This document shows, in pieces, positions 62,679 through 64,000 of a stretch of DNA of 64,000 nt; the first letter of the stretch is position 1; every line of letters starts with the position of its first letter. The stretch is from the NCBI GenBank assembly GCA_905178155.1, contig CAJINV010000004.1, positions 4,458,518 to 4,522,517 of the forward strand, read 5' to 3'. The position numbers and the translations under genes are program-made. Under the pieces are notes generated by a model that was given only the letters and a program-made list of their open reading frames with translations, did no database searches and was not told the origin of the DNA. This DNA is from Amoebophrya sp. A120 (Eukaryota; Protista; Dinoflagellata).

Positions 62679-64000
62679 ATGAAAAAAGAGCAACAAAAAC
62701 AATTCGAGCACGACGATCAGCCAGGCTCAGGCAGCCCGGCGGCCTCGCAGCTGTCGTCCTGCAGTGCGATCGTTACAGGCATATTCGTTGACGGCACGCC
62801 GGTGCGAGATTTGTCCCGGATCGGTTTTCGTGCTGCGTCGAGCGACAGGGCAGCTTTTACAAACAAGTCACGACCCGGTACGTCGACGTCTACTTCCGCC
62901 GTCAAAGGCGGTTTTCGAAGTAAATGGGCCCAAATTTTGGAGGTCATCGAGAACGAGGAAGTTGTGAATTGGGGCAAAAATAACGAAGCCCCACCCTCCG
63001 ACCTCCACGATGGAACGTCAAGTTTTTGCAGTACGGAGCAGGCCGAGTTGACCTTCGACAATTCGGAGGTTTCGTTTTACTTTGAAATCGGGATTCTCAC
63101 TCCTCCTGAAGGCTGCGACTTCATCGCGGCGGCACACGACCAGGAGGCATCAAACGGTAGTCATTTTTCAGGGTCGGCGCAGAAAGGTTCCAGTTTCAGT
63201 TTTACTCCGACGCGCCCAGCAATTGCGACCCCCTTCGGCTCCTTGGAGGTTCGACTGGATCGCGCGAGCGACCATGCGTTTCACTTGCTGAAACTGAGAA
63301 GCGGAGTGGAGCTCTTCGATGACCCGCGAGGAGGTCATCTCCCCACGACATCATCCACCGAGGAGTCGTCCTCTTCTTTTGCAGCTTTTCTTCCTCCTGA
63401 ATTGCGCAACGTTTTTCACGACAGAGACCTTGAGGTCGAAATGCTGATTTCGGTGAACAAAGCATCTCCGAAGACAACTTCACTAGATCCACGTGCAGCT
63501 CCGGCTCCCGAGCATGACAGCTTGGTGGATGCTGAGGCGCTGCTTCGCTTCGAAGCTTACCAACAGTACGTTGCGAACAGTTTACAGCTCTGTGAAGCAG
63601 GAGGCGGAGCATCACTAGACCACGGAGCAGCTTCTTCACACCATCACGACTCCGCCTTGTGGTCAACGTCGACCACGCCACCCTCGATGAGAAATTTCTT
63701 CCTCGTGCAAAAAGAACCCTTCGAGCGCATCATTGCGTTGCTGAAACAGAAAGAACAACTTCTCTTCACGAAACTCAAAGAATCGGAGCTGGAGCTGGCC
63801 ATGCGGGCGGCGGGCCAGGAAAAGAAGATGGAGGCATTGCTGAAAAGGTTTTCGGATCTGCTGCGAAACCACTCCTTCGGCACGCCCAGTGGCAGTGCCA
63901 ATGGGTCTCCCGTGGAACAACAACAGATACTGGATATTCTTGCCAAAGACGCCCTGCAACAAAGTAGTACTAGAACAGACTCGACACTAAACGGCGACGG
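62679..64000 (+). CDS. Hypothetical protein, 3' end outside the window (absent from the ORF track because it has no stop)
   Basis: Frame open for 440 codons from ATG 62679 (MKKEQQKQFEHDD...) to the window end; coiled-coil-like stretch near the end. Confidence 0.75.
   Translation, partial: MKKEQQKQFEHDDQPGSGSPAASQLSSCSAIVTGIFVDGTPVRDLSRIGFRAASSDRAAFTNKSRPGTSTSTSAVKGGFRSKWAQILEVIENEEVVNWGKNNEAPPSDLHDGTSSFCSTEQAELTFDNSEVSFYFEIGILTPPEGCDFIAAAHDQEASNGSHFSGSAQKGSSFSFTPTRPAIATPFGSLEVRLDRASDHAFHLLKLRSGVELFDDPRGGHLPTTSSTEESSSSFAAFLPPELRNVFHDRDLEVEMLISVNKASPKTTSLDPRAAPAPEHDSLVDAEALLRFEAYQQYVANSLQLCEAGGGASLDHGAASSHHHDSALWSTSTTPPSMRNFFLVQKEPFERIIALLKQKEQLLFTKLKESELELAMRAAGQEKKMEALLKRFSDLLRNHSFGTPSGSANGSPVEQQQILDILAKDALQQSSTRTDSTLNGD

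Noticed and set aside
1-64000. tRNA, rRNA, snRNA or transposase genes; minus-strand ORFs overlapping genes
   Set aside because: None recognisable by eye; minus-strand ORFs are antisense shadows of GC-rich exons

Overview
Gene-dense eukaryotic (protist) genomic DNA with 12 protein-coding genes or gene parts, all on the + strand: a very large low-complexity Kelch-like protein (5' end outside the window), a cytochrome b5-domain protein, DRC1, an OFA-family MFS transporter, a DUF6314-like protein, a FAM241-like/DoxX-like membrane protein, a Frag1/DRAM/Sfk1-like membrane protein and several unknown, probably secreted, proteins. The ORF track is fragmented because 36 short MITE-like elements (plus one nested copy) interrupt exons. 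Each runs TAT...ATA (three have a one-base terminal variant), has family-specific terminal inverted repeats (about 7 families) and a 5-bp target-site duplication (TSD). In all 36 cases I checked by hand, removing the element plus one TSD copy restores the reading frame, although almost none gives GT-AG ends. These are introner elements acting as non-canonical introns. This architecture matches what I recall being described for the parasitic dinoflagellate Amoebophrya (A120-type TAT/ATA introners), so the organism call is an inference and the basic phenomenon is probably known. Less obviously described features seen here: a GCATGACAAA-type motif shared by all families, orientation-independent splicing, an N-TAT splice register mirroring GTAT canonical donors, apparent introner-to-canonical-intron conversion, and three kinds of nested insertion inside introners. 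All splicing is inferred from frame restoration, not from transcripts.
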